Assembly (NCBI GenBank): GCA_025786725.1
Contig: JAHLTZ010000003.1
Span: 124,001-188,000, forward strand
Length of the DNA stretch: 64,000 bases
Origin: Syncephalis fuscata S228
Lineage: Eukaryota; Fungi; Zoopagomycota
Direction: 5' to 3'
Below the pieces are notes generated by a model. It saw only the letters and a list, made by a program, of their open reading frames with translations, made no database searches and was not told the origin of the DNA. Below, in pieces: positions 15,059-28,778 of this stretch; positions within the stretch are counted from its first letter, which is position 1, and each line of letters opens with the position of its first letter. The position numbers and the translations under genes were made by a program.

Positions 15059-17602
15059 ATGAATAATAGTGCGTCTTTGCCAACGAGCGGTAGCTCATCG
15101 CGTACTAAAAGCTTGCAACGACCAGGGCTGTTGCCGCGATTATGGCGCCGTGAATATGAATTGGGTCGACCCAACACGCAATGGCGACGTCTACGGTCAA
15201 GCTACTTGGAAATGTGTCCCAACGACGCTATCTTCAACGTACAGATTCCTCGTCGACTTATTCTTAAGCGATTCTCTCCAGATGGCAAGGTAAGTGCGCT
15301 TCAACCGCTTGAAACCAGCACCAACAACTTGTAGAATGTTCTTGCTGACCTTTATTCTAGTTTCTTATTGCATTTTCGGGCCGTTTACAATCAGTTGCGG
15401 TGTTTACCTTCCATGGGCCCTGTTTACAAACTGATATTAATAACCAGGCGCTTAGCGAACAACCCGATGTATATCCTTGATATTTCATAACATAGACTAA
15501 CAAATAAGCATTATGCTGCCTTAACTCGCTCATACTTTTAGCATGTTTTTCAAACCAAAATACGAAATAACCTTATGCACGGATCAAGATGAACAGATAC
15601 ACCAACATATATCGTTATTTTCATCTGATACACGATTTGTAAGTATATGCTTAGTAGTTTGTACAGTATTAATATATACTACTTTTAGCTACTGGTCATT
15701 ACAGCTCGACAGACTGATAAACTAGGCAGCCAGTTGCGTCCGGGTGCATGTACTATACCAGAATCTACTAAATTGGAAACTTATCGTTTACACGTCATCA
15801 ATATTTCTACTGGAGAAGTAAGTTGAACATGGTATTGATACAAGCATTAACCAGCTATGAATTAGGTGACAGATATAGTTACTATAGAATTAGATTTTAT
15901 ACGATTTGAGAAACATCCAGGTCTTATTCTTCGCGGTAATATGATTGCCATCATCTCAATTTATGACAGGAAATTAGCTTGTATCATTTGACGGTAATTT
16001 GTTTTGATATATTAGAAATTAAGTAGTTGACATTTATTTATTTAGAAAACGGGCAAATTATTCAAAGAACGATCAATTGGTCTTTATAACTATCAGGATG
16101 ACTCGTTAACTGTAGCACAACACCAAGGAGCAGAGCAATTGTTACGTGAGAATTATGGATTTGAACAAGAACAGGAGGAGTTACCACTAAGAGAGGATAT
16201 AGACCGGGAAACTATATTACTTGCGAATGAGATGGCCAAACGAGCCAAATTGTCAGAACAAGGACTAGCCCGAAATGAGTCCACTGGATTACATTCGACC
16301 AATCCACTCGAGGTAAGTGTTAAAGCGAATACAATTCGTATTTATATACTAAACAAGTATAAATAGTCAGATGTGATTATACCTGGTCTACGTCAACGTA
16401 TACTTTCTTTTCTTTATCGATCGGCATTGGTGCAAAAGGATAGGTAAGACATGGTGTAATAATTAATATGGGTAATTAATTGTATAATTGAATAGAGGAA
16501 GTGCTATAATGAATTTCTACTATATATTTCCGTATATTTCAAATCTAATATTTTATAAGGCTCAGTTCGTTGATGATACCCATTTAATGATACGCTTTTG
16601 TACTCGTGAGGCATTTATATCATGTGTAAGTATAGCAATATAATAGACAATAATATAGAGCACTGATATACAAATACATATACATATATCTATACGTAAT
16701 TGATTATTAGGCGGTTGAAGGTATAGCACACACGTTCTTTTTAGTTGTTTATGATATACCCAGTACACGTGTTGTGGCCGCATTTGAAAATACTTCAGAG
16801 CCATTACTGAAGTTGGTTGAACAGGGCGTTGACTTTTTACGCGGTCCAATGTATAACTTTCCTATTCAGCAACACTCGTCATTCAGTAATAATCTACAAA
16901 CAAACCAACTCTATCATCGACAGCAGTACACACTCCAGAATGCTCGTAACGGCAGGTAGGCTATAAGAATTACTATTATTAAACTTTATTAATGTTTTAT
17001 AGTCAAACACAAGCGGTACGGCATTTACTTTCAATGCTACCCTTTTCGCCGCAAACTCTTTTGAATCGCCATTCATGGACCGTGCTTTATTCGCCTACGA
17101 TGAGAAAACACTCGTGTTTCAACAAAGGTACTAATCTATAATGCATTATAATATAATGGATAGCAATTAATAGTTATATTAATTATATAGACCACGTTCT
17201 GGACATGATTTTCCAGTAAAGTTTTTTGATCGACGTACAGGCCAGTTAAGATTCAAGTTGTTTACCTATCAGCCACATAGTAATCCTGAAACACTGCCTA
17301 AGTAATTAGTACACCTTTCACTTCATTTCGAATTAACTAACTGTATATTAATTAGACGCTACACTCATTTTATATTCCATCCTACGCTTCCGTTTGCCAT
17401 GGCCGTTCAACAGCCACCTAAACAAACATTCTATTATTCACCCACAATTATTTGCTATTACCGTAGACCAAAATGGGGACATCCTCCGTCAAATAATACT
17501 GTACCGCTAGCCACGAGTGAAAGTGCCGCGGTTACGACTCAAAACTTTTCTAATGCTACCGCACATGCTAGAAATATGGCTGCACGTACTACTACACTCT
17601 AG
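15059..17602 (+). CDS. DET1: DET1 (de-etiolated 1) homologue, CUL4-DDB1 adaptor, multi-exon
   Basis: LKRFSPDGK-FLIAFS, GLRQRILSFLYR, SSFSNN, SPFMDRALFAYDEK and FIFHPTLPFAMAVQ match DET1-family motifs. At least one apparent 1-nt frameshift near 15968. Confidence 0.82.
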
Positions 17603-17710
17603 TCATCACGTATTATTGCTATTATTACTATTATTATCGTTATTGTTTTTTATTTTTGCAACCAATAAACATATGATTTACAACAGCCAGTGACAGTAAC
17701 AGCAGCAATA

Positions 17711-18191
17711 CTATATGGTAGCCATTTCTATATTATATATCAGTATTTGGATTGTAATTTCATTTTAGTACATTCACTACTTACGCCATGGCCGCCGATC
17801 CATGGGACATTGTTGTTCTGTATTGTTTTCTGAATTAAGCCACTTTATCAAACAGTGCAAGTGAAAACAGTGTCGGCACTGGCCCCAGACTAGTGCCATA
17901 TTAATGATCTAACAGCGATCTAACAAGTAAAGTGTAACTTACTTAAAGGACAGTCGTCACCTGGAATACGACAGGCTGGACAGCAAGCATCAAAAGGATT
18001 CCGGCAAATGCCACATACGTCATCTTCGACGTCCCATCGCCAGACGGCCACGGCATTCCAACTAGAATGAGTTAGTGGTCGGTATTGCTATGTCAAATAG
18101 CTTCATTGACAAACCAACCCTATCTCGTCGTTCCAGTAAGAGTCGGACGGTGCAAGCTTGATTGTAACTTACTTTTTACCTTGACGCGCAT
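17711..18191 (-). CDS. APC11: Anaphase-promoting complex subunit 11 (RING-H2)
   Basis: Manual splicing of exons 18191-18173, 18061-17943, 17889-17785 and 17727-17711 gives MRVKVK.WNAVAVWRWDVEDDVCGICRNPFDACCPACRIPGDDCPLIWGQCRHCFHLHCLIKWLNSENNTEQQCPMDRRPWQMATI. Needs one extra A in the exon-1 poly-A run. Not in the ORF track. Confidence 0.93.
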
Positions 18192-18388
18192 GGCAGAGAG
18201 ATTCAAAAATGTCAAAAATGATAATTGAATATTAAATTCTAAAACTGATTTGTTTTTAATTGTGCACTTACCTAATGATGTATTTTCAAATCATGATAAA
18301 CTGAAACAGTTTCATTTGAGTTATAATATATACAAATTATATGATACAACTGATGGTGTTTCTATTGCCCTTTAACTATACTTCCATC

Positions 18389-19006
18389 ATGAGTGATATT
18401 AGGCGTACTCATACATCGCCACCGACATCTAGCGGGCGGCATGGTAATGCTGATTTTAGTAAAGCAGCTGAACAAGATGGTGGCTGCGTATCGCCGCCGT
18501 CGACTCCTACTGCAAATCGTGCTACAAACGGGGGACGTTTAGGAAGAAGACCTGTTAATATACCAAGCAAATACAAAAAACACAATGTCGATACACTTAA
18601 AGAACGCTGCGACGTATATCCGCAACTCTTAAGAGAAACGACAAACGAAACACCAGTCTATTCCTATCCTCCAGCTGGCCTACAGGCTGCACCATGTACA
18701 GACAAGCCTGACTATCATGCATCTGCAGCAGCAATGCATAACAGCACCAATACCCACGAGACTGCTAGCACGGATGCTAATGATTACGTTTGCTGTAATA
18801 TAGATGACGAGGACGATAGTGCAATAGGCGAGAAAGCCGGCCTTGCTTCACATTATCAGCATCATCAGCATGGACATAGCTGTTATTCGCAGCAGCCACG
18901 ATGGGACTTGTACCCATACATGCAACGTAATGTAGAAAACCATGGTACAGAAAGGCAACGAGACATCCTTCACAAGCAGGAACATGCTCCATCGCCTAGC
19001 TTGTAA
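18389..19006 (+). CDS. Hypothetical hydrophilic, probably disordered protein
   Basis: Uninterrupted ~205-codon ORF with raised GC. No motif recognised; start could be 18341. Confidence 0.55.
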   Translation: MSDIRRTHTSPPTSSGRHGNADFSKAAEQDGGCVSPPSTPTANRATNGGRLGRRPVNIPSKYKKHNVDTLKERCDVYPQLLRETTNETPVYSYPPAGLQAAPCTDKPDYHASAAAMHNSTNTHETASTDANDYVCCNIDDEDDSAIGEKAGLASHYQHHQHGHSCYSQQPRWDLYPYMQRNVENHGTERQRDILHKQEHAPSPSL

Positions 19007-19657
19007 GCTTGTAGAAATAGTTCATTTACCTATTTACACAAGTTTATTTTCATTGCAAATAAATCATCCAACGTTATTGTGTTTCATAACAACAAAATAA
19101 TAAAATATTCATAATAATCCCAAAAAAGCAAGGCGCACTTGCCAGTGAAACAAGGCCTCATACATTCGTTTTGGCTATCGACATCGTGGCAATGTTGCAA
19201 AGACAAAACCTATCTTTGGTAAATGCTGCTAATTGTCGATGCAACCAATCCAGCTGCCTACGCTATAATGGCCGCGCTGTTGCATTGCGCAATTGCCAAC
19301 AGTTGGCTAATAAATACCTAAATACACCTTTTTAGTAATTTTCTACTTTCAATGTTTGTTTCTAATTAACATATTAATTCGTGTGTGTGTGCCCAGTTTG
19401 CATCAAATACTGGACAAACCGGTTGTGAAAAAAGGCCGATTCCTGTGGCAGACCGTCGAACTGTTGTTTCGCCAACCAACTAAAAGTGCTCTCCGCACTC
19501 CTGTGCGTGCTCGCATATCATCTCTTCCTTCTTTCCTATTACCTTACAGCTTGCAGTAAAGGACATTTATATTGCCGAGCAACACGCTGTGCGTGTCTTT
19601 CATTAACGTAGTTTACCCATTTAGTATTGAATAGTTTATTAGAAACGTTAAACTGTA

Positions 19658-20517
19658 TTGACCAAATACTTGATTATCATAGTTTTAATGATGCAAGCCC
19701 GTTCATGTTCAATCAAGGGCAATTTATGCCCAAAAAACTTTTCCTGTTACGTGCAGGAAGATGGCTTTTTTTGCAAGCCGAGTAATACCACCGGCTGTAT
19801 CGTTGCCACCAAGGGTAATATTCAGTTTGTGAATAAACAGCTTGTAGACATAGGAGTAGAGTGCGAACACTGTCCTGTACCTCACTCTAAAGAATTGCGC
19901 AACTTATTTCAACCAAAATTGAGCCAAATTGTACAAGATGATGGATGGGTTACTTATGGCAATTGCCAAACTGGATTTTGCGGACAAAATAATAGTTGCC
20001 GACTAACTAAAGAAAGCTATAGCTTATGTTTAACTAATGATCAGGTAAGAAAGATGTTATATTTGCGCTCAATTATATATACTAATAATCTACACGACTA
20101 TATCAGTGCTCTGGTGGAATTTGCGCCAAACTTCCGGAACGTGGTGGTCGGTTTGCCTGTCAGCACGGTGGTAAAGGCAGTTCGGTCATAGCCAACATTT
20201 GGGTTGGAAGAACCTTGGCTGCTTTTGGCATATTCATGGTGCTCATCAGTCTTATAGCTATCATAATGCTAAGGAAAAATATTAGAAAAGGTTCGCTGAG
20301 TACCCCATTAGTTAAACCTACCCCGGTAAAAGGACGTGTGCCAAAGTACAATTTTGATGAGGAAGATGCTGTGGCACTAGAAGAGGTTATGTGGTTACGA
20401 CGAAAAGTGGCACTTACCATTTACATGTGCAGTGCATTCGGCATCATTGTCGCCATCTATGGCATTGGCTATTCACTTATGCCGCCATCGGCATTTCCAC
20501 ACGACGATGTTAATTAA
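19658..20517 (+). CDS. Cys-rich ectodomain protein with two C-terminal TM segments
   Basis: Signal-like N-terminus and about 14 Cys. Intron 20045-20106 joins ...CLTNDQ to CSGGICAK... in frame with the TM segments. First codon is TTG, so the start is uncertain. Confidence 0.65.
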
Positions 20518-21436
20518 CTTTCTTAATTTATTTATTATAATTATAGCCAAATAAACTGCACCACTAGCAATTGTTGTTTTCATACTTAACTCAAAAACGC
20601 CATTGAAAATGTTGTGATATTGTCGTGATCTAAATGGACAACAGCTTGTGCTGTTACAATTCAAGTCAACGATTAATTAGTCAATTTCTTTGGTATAAAT
20701 AGACATACTTTTACTACGAAATAAACAGTAGTATTTTTCTACATTAATGCTGAACTTTTTACATTTGAATTGTCATGTGTCCAACCATCCACTTTATCAT
20801 TCACAATCTTTTATCTTCTCCTCACACACAAAACCATCGGTAGATTAAGACCCTGACCAATTTCCATATTTATCTATTACATTTATAACATTAATTCATT
20901 TATAGTAATGCCACTGCTAGTCAAAAGTAGCTTTATAGCTTTATCCACAACCATAATAAACAATTAATTTGCTCCATTTATCCATATTATATCTTTCTTT
21001 CCAACAACATGCGTATCATATTATTTGGACATGCTGCACGGTCACGGGGCGAGTGTTTCAAATACTGCATATACTTGTAGAATACATGTGATGAAAGTGT
21101 GCAATGCGTGCCGTGCAATTGTTTGAAATTATGCATGAAAAGCGCATGCCAATTCATAAACTTAGTCATTGCCTGACACAATAAATACGACGAGCCCTAC
21201 ATCACTGTCGCCGCCAGCTTGTCACTCTAAACTCTCATCTTCTACTCTTTTCGTCGCTTTCCGTCCATTGATTGTACTGAAAGTCGATATTGTCGCTTTT
21301 TTGTATTGTTTTTAGTATCGGCCGGACCGATATACTTGTCATATTCGCTATTTTAACAACAACATCTTTATTGTGCACCTGTTTATAACATCGCACTTTC
21401 ATTGTTTATTTCAGTCAACATTATTGCTTTGCTGCT

Positions 21437-22434
21437 ATGATACTCAAGTCAGCCGCCGTCATGTCTCAATCTATGGATCACGTTACGGGCACCGACCGAA
21501 AAGGATAACATTGCCAGCAATATCGAGATAAATCCACTGGATCAAATAAAATCATCAGCTCTGGCGTCAGTTTGGATGCTGGACGTTATGCTGCTTGCCG
21601 TGTATCTCTCACTATGTACGCTGCACTGCTGGCGATATGCACAAACTAAACAAAACACCATATTGTTTTGGCCATTAGTTTGCTGACCGCCTGCAGTAGT
21701 GTGGTTCTTCATTTTCTCATTAACGAATTGTCTATCATTACCATGTCGTTGCCTATCAACGCCGTGTCCAACTTGTTTGCACTAGCATTGCCTGCTTATC
21801 TTTTTGCGCGCTGGTAAGTTACTATGCTTCATTAGCTATTGCATTCCACTCACTTTACATTATTAGGGGCCGTTCTATGACTACATTTGAAAGCACTCTT
21901 AACCGAGTTGCTTTTCCAGTGGGCATCACCTGGAGTATAGTTTTTGGTATTAGCACCACTCTTATTGTGGCCGCTTGGGCTATTATGATCAATATGCTCT
22001 CATGGTCAGATATATCCGCTGTAGTTGCCAGATTTAAACTGTTTCTTACGCTGTTTTACATTGGCAGCAGTTTGATTATCATTGGCACAAGTGTTTTGGC
22101 TATTTATGCATTTTGCGTATTTCTCAAATTCCCTAAATATACTACACCGGGCATGTTGATCAAACGCAAGCAAATACTCTTGCTATTGGGACTATTCCTT
22201 ATACTCTTGGGATCTACCATAAGTCTAATGTTGTTTGTGCCATACGCTAGCTACGGACTTATGGCGGTTTATTACTGCGTGACACTATTTCCGCAAACAG
22301 CCATGATGGGCTTTGAGACTGAACCATGTCTGATTATCATTCATCTGGATACATCGCACATTAGTGGACCATTACATGCCCAGATTGCTCCCGAGCCCAT
22401 GGGCCATTTGAGAAAAGCAGTCAGAAGCTTTTGA
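21437..22434 (+). CDS. Orphan multi-pass (about 7TM) membrane protein
   Basis: Exon 1 has hydrophobic helices, with 1-nt slips in A-runs near 21500 and 21655. Intron 21814-21866. Exon 2 has 4 TM segments. Confidence 0.6.
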
Positions 22435-23809
22435 ATTAAATAATGGTAAATTATTGTCTAATTCAAAAACGCTCAATTGCTTTAGTAAATTAATGATAAT
22501 TAAATAAATATATATTTGTTAAACGTCAGATATTCTATAATTATTAAATTGATAAATGTGTTGAAATAAATATCTAAAAATTAATAATTCTAAAGTACTA
22601 TTACACTTTATTGCACTGCTGTTGCACTAGAGCATATCCACCATGGTAAGCTTGACTCAAATATATTATATGTTCAAACTAATACCAATTCCAATATACT
22701 TTCCTAGTTATACTGGAGCAATAGCCGCAGACTACTACTCCAAAAAAACTCTTATTTTATTGTGCCTTATACTTTTATTCTAGTAATAAAAGATTAATTC
22801 ATTTGTGTTGAATACCTACTGTGGACAGTATTGATGTCTAAAACGCTGCCTACCTTATTCACAAGCTAGTATATAATATCACAGAATAGTATACATGATA
22901 AAGCCTTGCAGCATTTTTATGCTTAATCTTACTATTGCTTTTTAGTTTATAGAATTAATCGCTGTATTGAAAGACTAATGTGTATTATTGGCATTTTTAA
23001 TAGTGCACTAATGCGTTGACAACTTTGATGTGTTAAATTTTGTCGTAGCTTTTGCAATAAAGCCATAACGACATCACGATAAAGTTTCTAGCTTTTGTAA
23101 GCTGTTTCCAAATCGAAATCAAGCGTAGCATGTAATATCGCTATATAATTTGTACAATATGCTATACAACTGCAACAATAGAATGTAATGTAAATACGCA
23201 GAATTGAAGGCAATGGCTACAATTAGAAACAAAATACGTTTAAGCATATCATTGTTTGTGTTGCTCGGCCAGCGATAGCTGATGAGCAGATGTTTGCTTT
23301 TACTACTAAGGCCTTATTCAACAAAGTTCCTATTACTATTGAAATAAAGCACAGAACAGGAAACTACCATGCAGCGGTCTAGACAATGAGTTTTTAATAT
23401 TTAACCGGTTTAGTCCAATATTTTATTTGAGTCAGGGGTCGCCATTCAAAACCGTTTACTCTATTCAGGTCAGCTAATTAACAGTCAATACTAAAGCTTT
23501 ATTTTTTCTATTCGAATCAATAGTATCGCACAAAAGAACGGCGCCAAAACAGGAGCACGATTAAATTGCTATGATATACGTTTTCATATTGCTGTCAATA
23601 TTCAACGTGCTTTTGTGTGTGTCTGTGACAAACGCTTGGCATTTCACATGTCCAAGTTAAATGTCTAGACAAGGCCTAGAGCTAAAACTGGCTTTATTGG
23701 GATGTAGTCCAAGTTATGTACTTGGCTTACATATATATATATATATATATATATTGGTAACCAAATTAATTACTGAAGCCCACAATATTTTTTTATTTTG
23801 ACTTACAAC

Positions 23810-25680
23810 ATGCGCCTTTTAGACTACCAGAAATTATGCTTATTTTTTGCTATTTGTTTTTCAATACAGCCAAAGACTGTCAGCGCAAAAATTACTTTTA
23901 CGAGTGGGCCCCGAACTGAAACTTATCCACTGAATGACCATTTTCTTCATCCACAGCCTTATTATCGCTACGAAGGCCTAGCATTTAAAATCCATCTTAC
24001 TTATAATAATGTAACCGACACCTGTAAATTTTCACCAATCAATGAAAGCAACCCAGTTGTCAAATTCACTTCTAAAATGTCTGCTAAACATCCAGAATTT
24101 GCACTACTTGCCCTTCAAAATCTTCCTCCATATACAAATTGCGAAAAAAATAAGCTAGTAAGTTTAGTATTACAAAAAGGTGTTTACTTATTTGATTTAG
24201 GTAACTGAGTCGCTAGACCATCTTATGCAACAACTAGTAAGAAACGGATTTCCACCAGTCAAGCTACTTATTTTAGAAAGAAACTATAGTCCAAATTTTG
24301 GATTTAATGACAACTTCATCATGGGCCAGAATGAGCAGCAATATTATGACATATTAACTAAATATAATCCAGTCAATATTGCAATATTGAGTAGTCCTCA
24401 GCCATTATCATTTATTGATAGATTTAGTATATTTCCATATTTTCATTACATTGCTGAACAAGGTAAGCATATTTTATTTGACCATCGTGTAATATTAACA
24501 TTTCGATAGAACCCAATCCATGGTATGCCATACTTACATCAAAATGGCACATCGCTTACAAAATCATGTATTCTGTAATAGTAAGTAAATAACAGATCGC
24601 TTGTAATTAGTGCTAACTGTATTCACACAGATAGCGCTGGCTTTATTATACGCATGTGCTCGTGTTATAATGTTGGCAAAGCTAAAGATGCTACATTTGA
24701 ATCTACTCTTAGCATCGTTTGTTGTCACCATTGTTTACTGTATTTGTAAGTACTGGCAATATATCTGATGACAAAAAGCTTATAAATGTATATTAGTTTT
24801 TTTAATGCACCTGACTATGCTATATCAGCCGTCTAAATCGACCGGATTGTATGGCATCTACACAATTTTATCAGGTGTACCGTTTGATTTAATACTGTGG
24901 TATTGGTATGTAGTTAGCACAATGTAATAATACAAATTAACAATCAAACAGGTCAATTGTTGGAAGAAATTTGTTTTCAAAAAGGTCCATTATACTACTT
25001 CGTTCAATTATTATTATTGATATTGCATCAAACATTGCGCGCACCATACTTACAGCAATGGACAGCGACATAAGCTCCGATGGCTTTAGAATATTATTTG
25101 AGAATCAAATGGATGTGTACGTTATTATATTTGCATTATCCTGGCTTAACACTATTGTTTTTGGTGGATTTGGTAAGTTGCATGTATGTTATATGAATCA
25201 AAATTATAATCTAACCATTGATTAGCAATATGGTTTGGAATAAATGGTTACAAACTTAAAAAACATCCTAAAGGTCGCTATCGGTTTATCCGGGTAAGTA
25301 ATAGGACAAAGACAACATAGTAGATACTAATAATTGTGTGCTATATTTAGTTGGGACTATTTGCATTACTGGGCTTTGCTACATATATAGTATTTGCAGT
25401 ATATTATACAGCCAACATCACCTTTGGCTTATGGCTACAGCCTACTGAAATACTTGCATCACTAGCTGTATTTGATACAGCATACATGTTGCGTGTACTT
25501 GTATTTTTGTCAGTATTTGGCATACGATGGCCACGACCGAACGATACTGCTGAAGAAGAAACTCGAGCGCCACTTGGTGGGATGACGACTATCGGATGTC
25601 ATACAACCATGGAGACAAGACCATTACATAGACAATTGACTCATAAACTTACACAAATAATCAGAAAACAAACATTTTAA
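23810..25680 (+). CDS. Signal peptide + ectodomain + 7TM receptor-like protein, family B tandem copy 1
   Basis: Signal peptide MRLLDYQKLCLFFAICFSIQPKTVSA, ~200-aa ectodomain with 2 Cys, then about 7 TM segments across short exons. Seven GT-AG introns (first 24158-24200). Confidence 0.75.
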
Positions 25681-26908
25681 ATAATTAAATATCATTGGTA
25701 TAATATTAACAGATAGCCACAGTGCTAATTTTAGAACTATACAATAAATAACATTGTATTTATAACTACTGTATGTTTGTGCTATAAAACCATTGGGCTT
25801 ATTTAATATCATTATGCATCGCCATTGCTAAAATAGATACAAATTTATTATGTTTTAAGATACTGTAAATTTTGGTTTAAATACGCTGCTTTATATTTAA
25901 AATTACTATTGAATTTCTAGTTTATTGAATGTAATAGCTGTATTGAAAGCTAAAAGTGCACTATTACCGTATCTCTAATAGCACACTAACCTGTTGGTAG
26001 CTTTAGCTTAATACAGAAAGCAATAAATAAATCATACTACTGATGTATTGGCGTTGTTGTATTACTTTATATAGAATCTTAAAAGCATTATGATAAAGCT
26101 TTTTGACTTTTGTAAATTGTTTGAGATTAAAAAACGAACGTAGCGCGTGACATCTGTGGCGGAGTTATGTAAACACGTATGCGCTTGCGGAGTTTCTACT
26201 TATCCATATATTAATGAAACTAGGCAAAGGAGTAGAGGGGTTGTCTCGTCTTAAAATCCTGTTTCTCGTATTCAATAAAATACTCTTAGCTACACATCAA
26301 TTACATGATGTGTGCAATATGCTATACAATTGCATAAATAAAATGAACTACAAATATTCAACATTGAAACCAATGACTACAGTCTGGAATAAGACACGTT
26401 TAGGCATATCATTATTTAGACTGTTCAGTCAGCGATAGCCCACGAATAAGCATTTGTCTTCAATACCACAAGGCCTTATTCAACAACAAAATCGTCATTA
26501 CTATCAAAATAAATTACAAGCAGAAAAATTAGTATGCAGCGGTTTAGATGATTGCCTTTTTGCACTTAACTGGTTTAGTTTAATTTTTCTTTGATACAGA
26601 AACCGCCATTTAAAATATTTTATTCTATTAAACTGATAATAACGCTTAAAAATCTATGTCAATATACATACAAGTTTAGATTGTTAACTCATACGTTTTT
26701 CATATTGTTAGCAATAGTTAATATACCGTGTATTTTTTAGAATGCACATGGCGTTTCACATATCCCGCCTATATGCATAGACAAGGCCAAGAACTAAAAC
26801 TAGTTTTATCAAATGTAGTCTTAAGCCATATATTTGACCTTGACATATACTAAGAGCAGATTTGAATGACTGAAGCTTGCACAAACCATTTTTACTTCGA
26901 CTTCCAAC

Positions 26909-28778
26909 ATGCGCCTTTTAGACTACCAGAAATTATGCTTACTTTTTGCTATTTGTTTTTCAATACAGCCAAAGACTGTCAGCGCAAGTATTACTTTTAT
27001 AAATACTAGTTCAGGCAATACAACTTTTCCGTCGAGCGACCACTTTCTTCATCCACAGTCTTATTATCGCTATGAAGGCATGATGCTTATGTGGACTCTT
27101 GAATATAATAATGTAACCAATACTTGTTTCTTTCCAGAAATCGATGAAAGCAACTCAAATGTCGAATTCACTGCTAAGCGGTTATCTAAATACCAGGACT
27201 TTGCGTTATTTGTATCTTATCATATTCCTCTAAATACTAACTGCGAAGAAAATAAAATAGTAAGTTTAAATATTGTAAAAAATGTTTGCTTATATAGTCT
27301 AGGCAATTGAGTCATTAGATCATCTTATGCAACAACTAGCAAAAAACAAATTTCCACCAGTCAAACTGCTTATTTTAAACAAGGGTTTTAATTCAGATTT
27401 TGCAACTAAGAATGATTACACTATAGGCTACAATGAGCGGCAATATTATGATAAACTAACCGGATATAATCAATTTAAGGTTACAATAATTAATAGCTAT
27501 TATAATGTATTACAAACTGATGTGGGTGCTAGTAAATTTCAAATTTTCGTTACATTGCTGAACAAGGTAATTGCACATTGTTTGATCATTGTTTAATATT
27601 AACATTTCGATAGAACCCAATCCATGGTATGCCATGCTTACATCAAAATGGCACATCGCTTACAAAAGCATGTATTCTGTAATAGTAAGTAAATAACAGA
27701 TCGCTTGTAATTAGTGCTAACTGTATTCACACAGATAGCGCTGGCTTTATTATACGCATGTGCTCGTGTTATAATGCTGGCAAAGCTAAAGATGTTACAT
27801 TTGAATCTACTCTTAGCATCGTTTGTTGTCACCATTGTTTACTGTATTTGTAAGTACTGGCAATATATCTGATGACAAAAAGCTTATGAATGTACATTAG
27901 TTTTTTTAATGCACTTGGCTATACTGAATCGGCCGTCTAAATCAACCGGATTGTATGGCATCTACATAATTTTATCAGGTGTACCGTTTGATTTAATACT
28001 GTGGTATTGGTATGTAGTTAGCACAATGTAATAATACAAATTAACAATCGAACAGGTCAATTGTTGGAAGAAATTTGTTTTCAAAAAGGTCCATTATACT
28101 ACTTCGTTCAATTATTATTATTGATATTGCACCAAATATTGTTCGCATTATAATTGCGATAACAAACAGTGACATAGACTTTGATGCTTTTAGAATGTTG
28201 CTCAATAATCAAATGAATGTATGCGTTATTATATTTATATTATCCTGGCTTAACACTATCATTTTTGGTGGATTTGGTAAGTTGCATGTATGTTATATGA
28301 ATCAAAATTATAATCTAACCATTGATTAGCAATATGGTTTGGAATAAATGGTTACAAACTTAAAAAACATCCTAAAGGTCGCTATCGGTTTATCCGGGTA
28401 AGTAATAGGACAAAGACAACATAGTAGATACTAATAATTGTGTGCTATATTTAGTTGGGACTATTTGCATTATCAGGCTTCACTACATATATAGTATTTG
28501 CAATATGTTATACAATCGATATTACTTTATGGCTACATCCTGATGAATTATTTGCAATGTTAATGTTATTTGATACTGCATACATGCTGCGTGCACTTGT
28601 ATTCTTATCAATATTTGGTATACGATGGCCACGGCCAAACGATACTACTAAAGAGGAAGCTCGAGCACCACTTGCTGGGATGACGACTATTGGATGCCAT
28701 ACAACCATGGAGACAAGACCATTACATAGCCAATTGACTCATAAACTTACACAAATAATCAGAAAACAAACATTTTAA
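26909..28778 (+). CDS. Signal peptide + ectodomain + 7TM receptor-like protein, family B tandem copy 2
   Basis: Same exon-intron structure as copy 1. One apparent 1-nt deletion near 27540. Confidence 0.72.
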
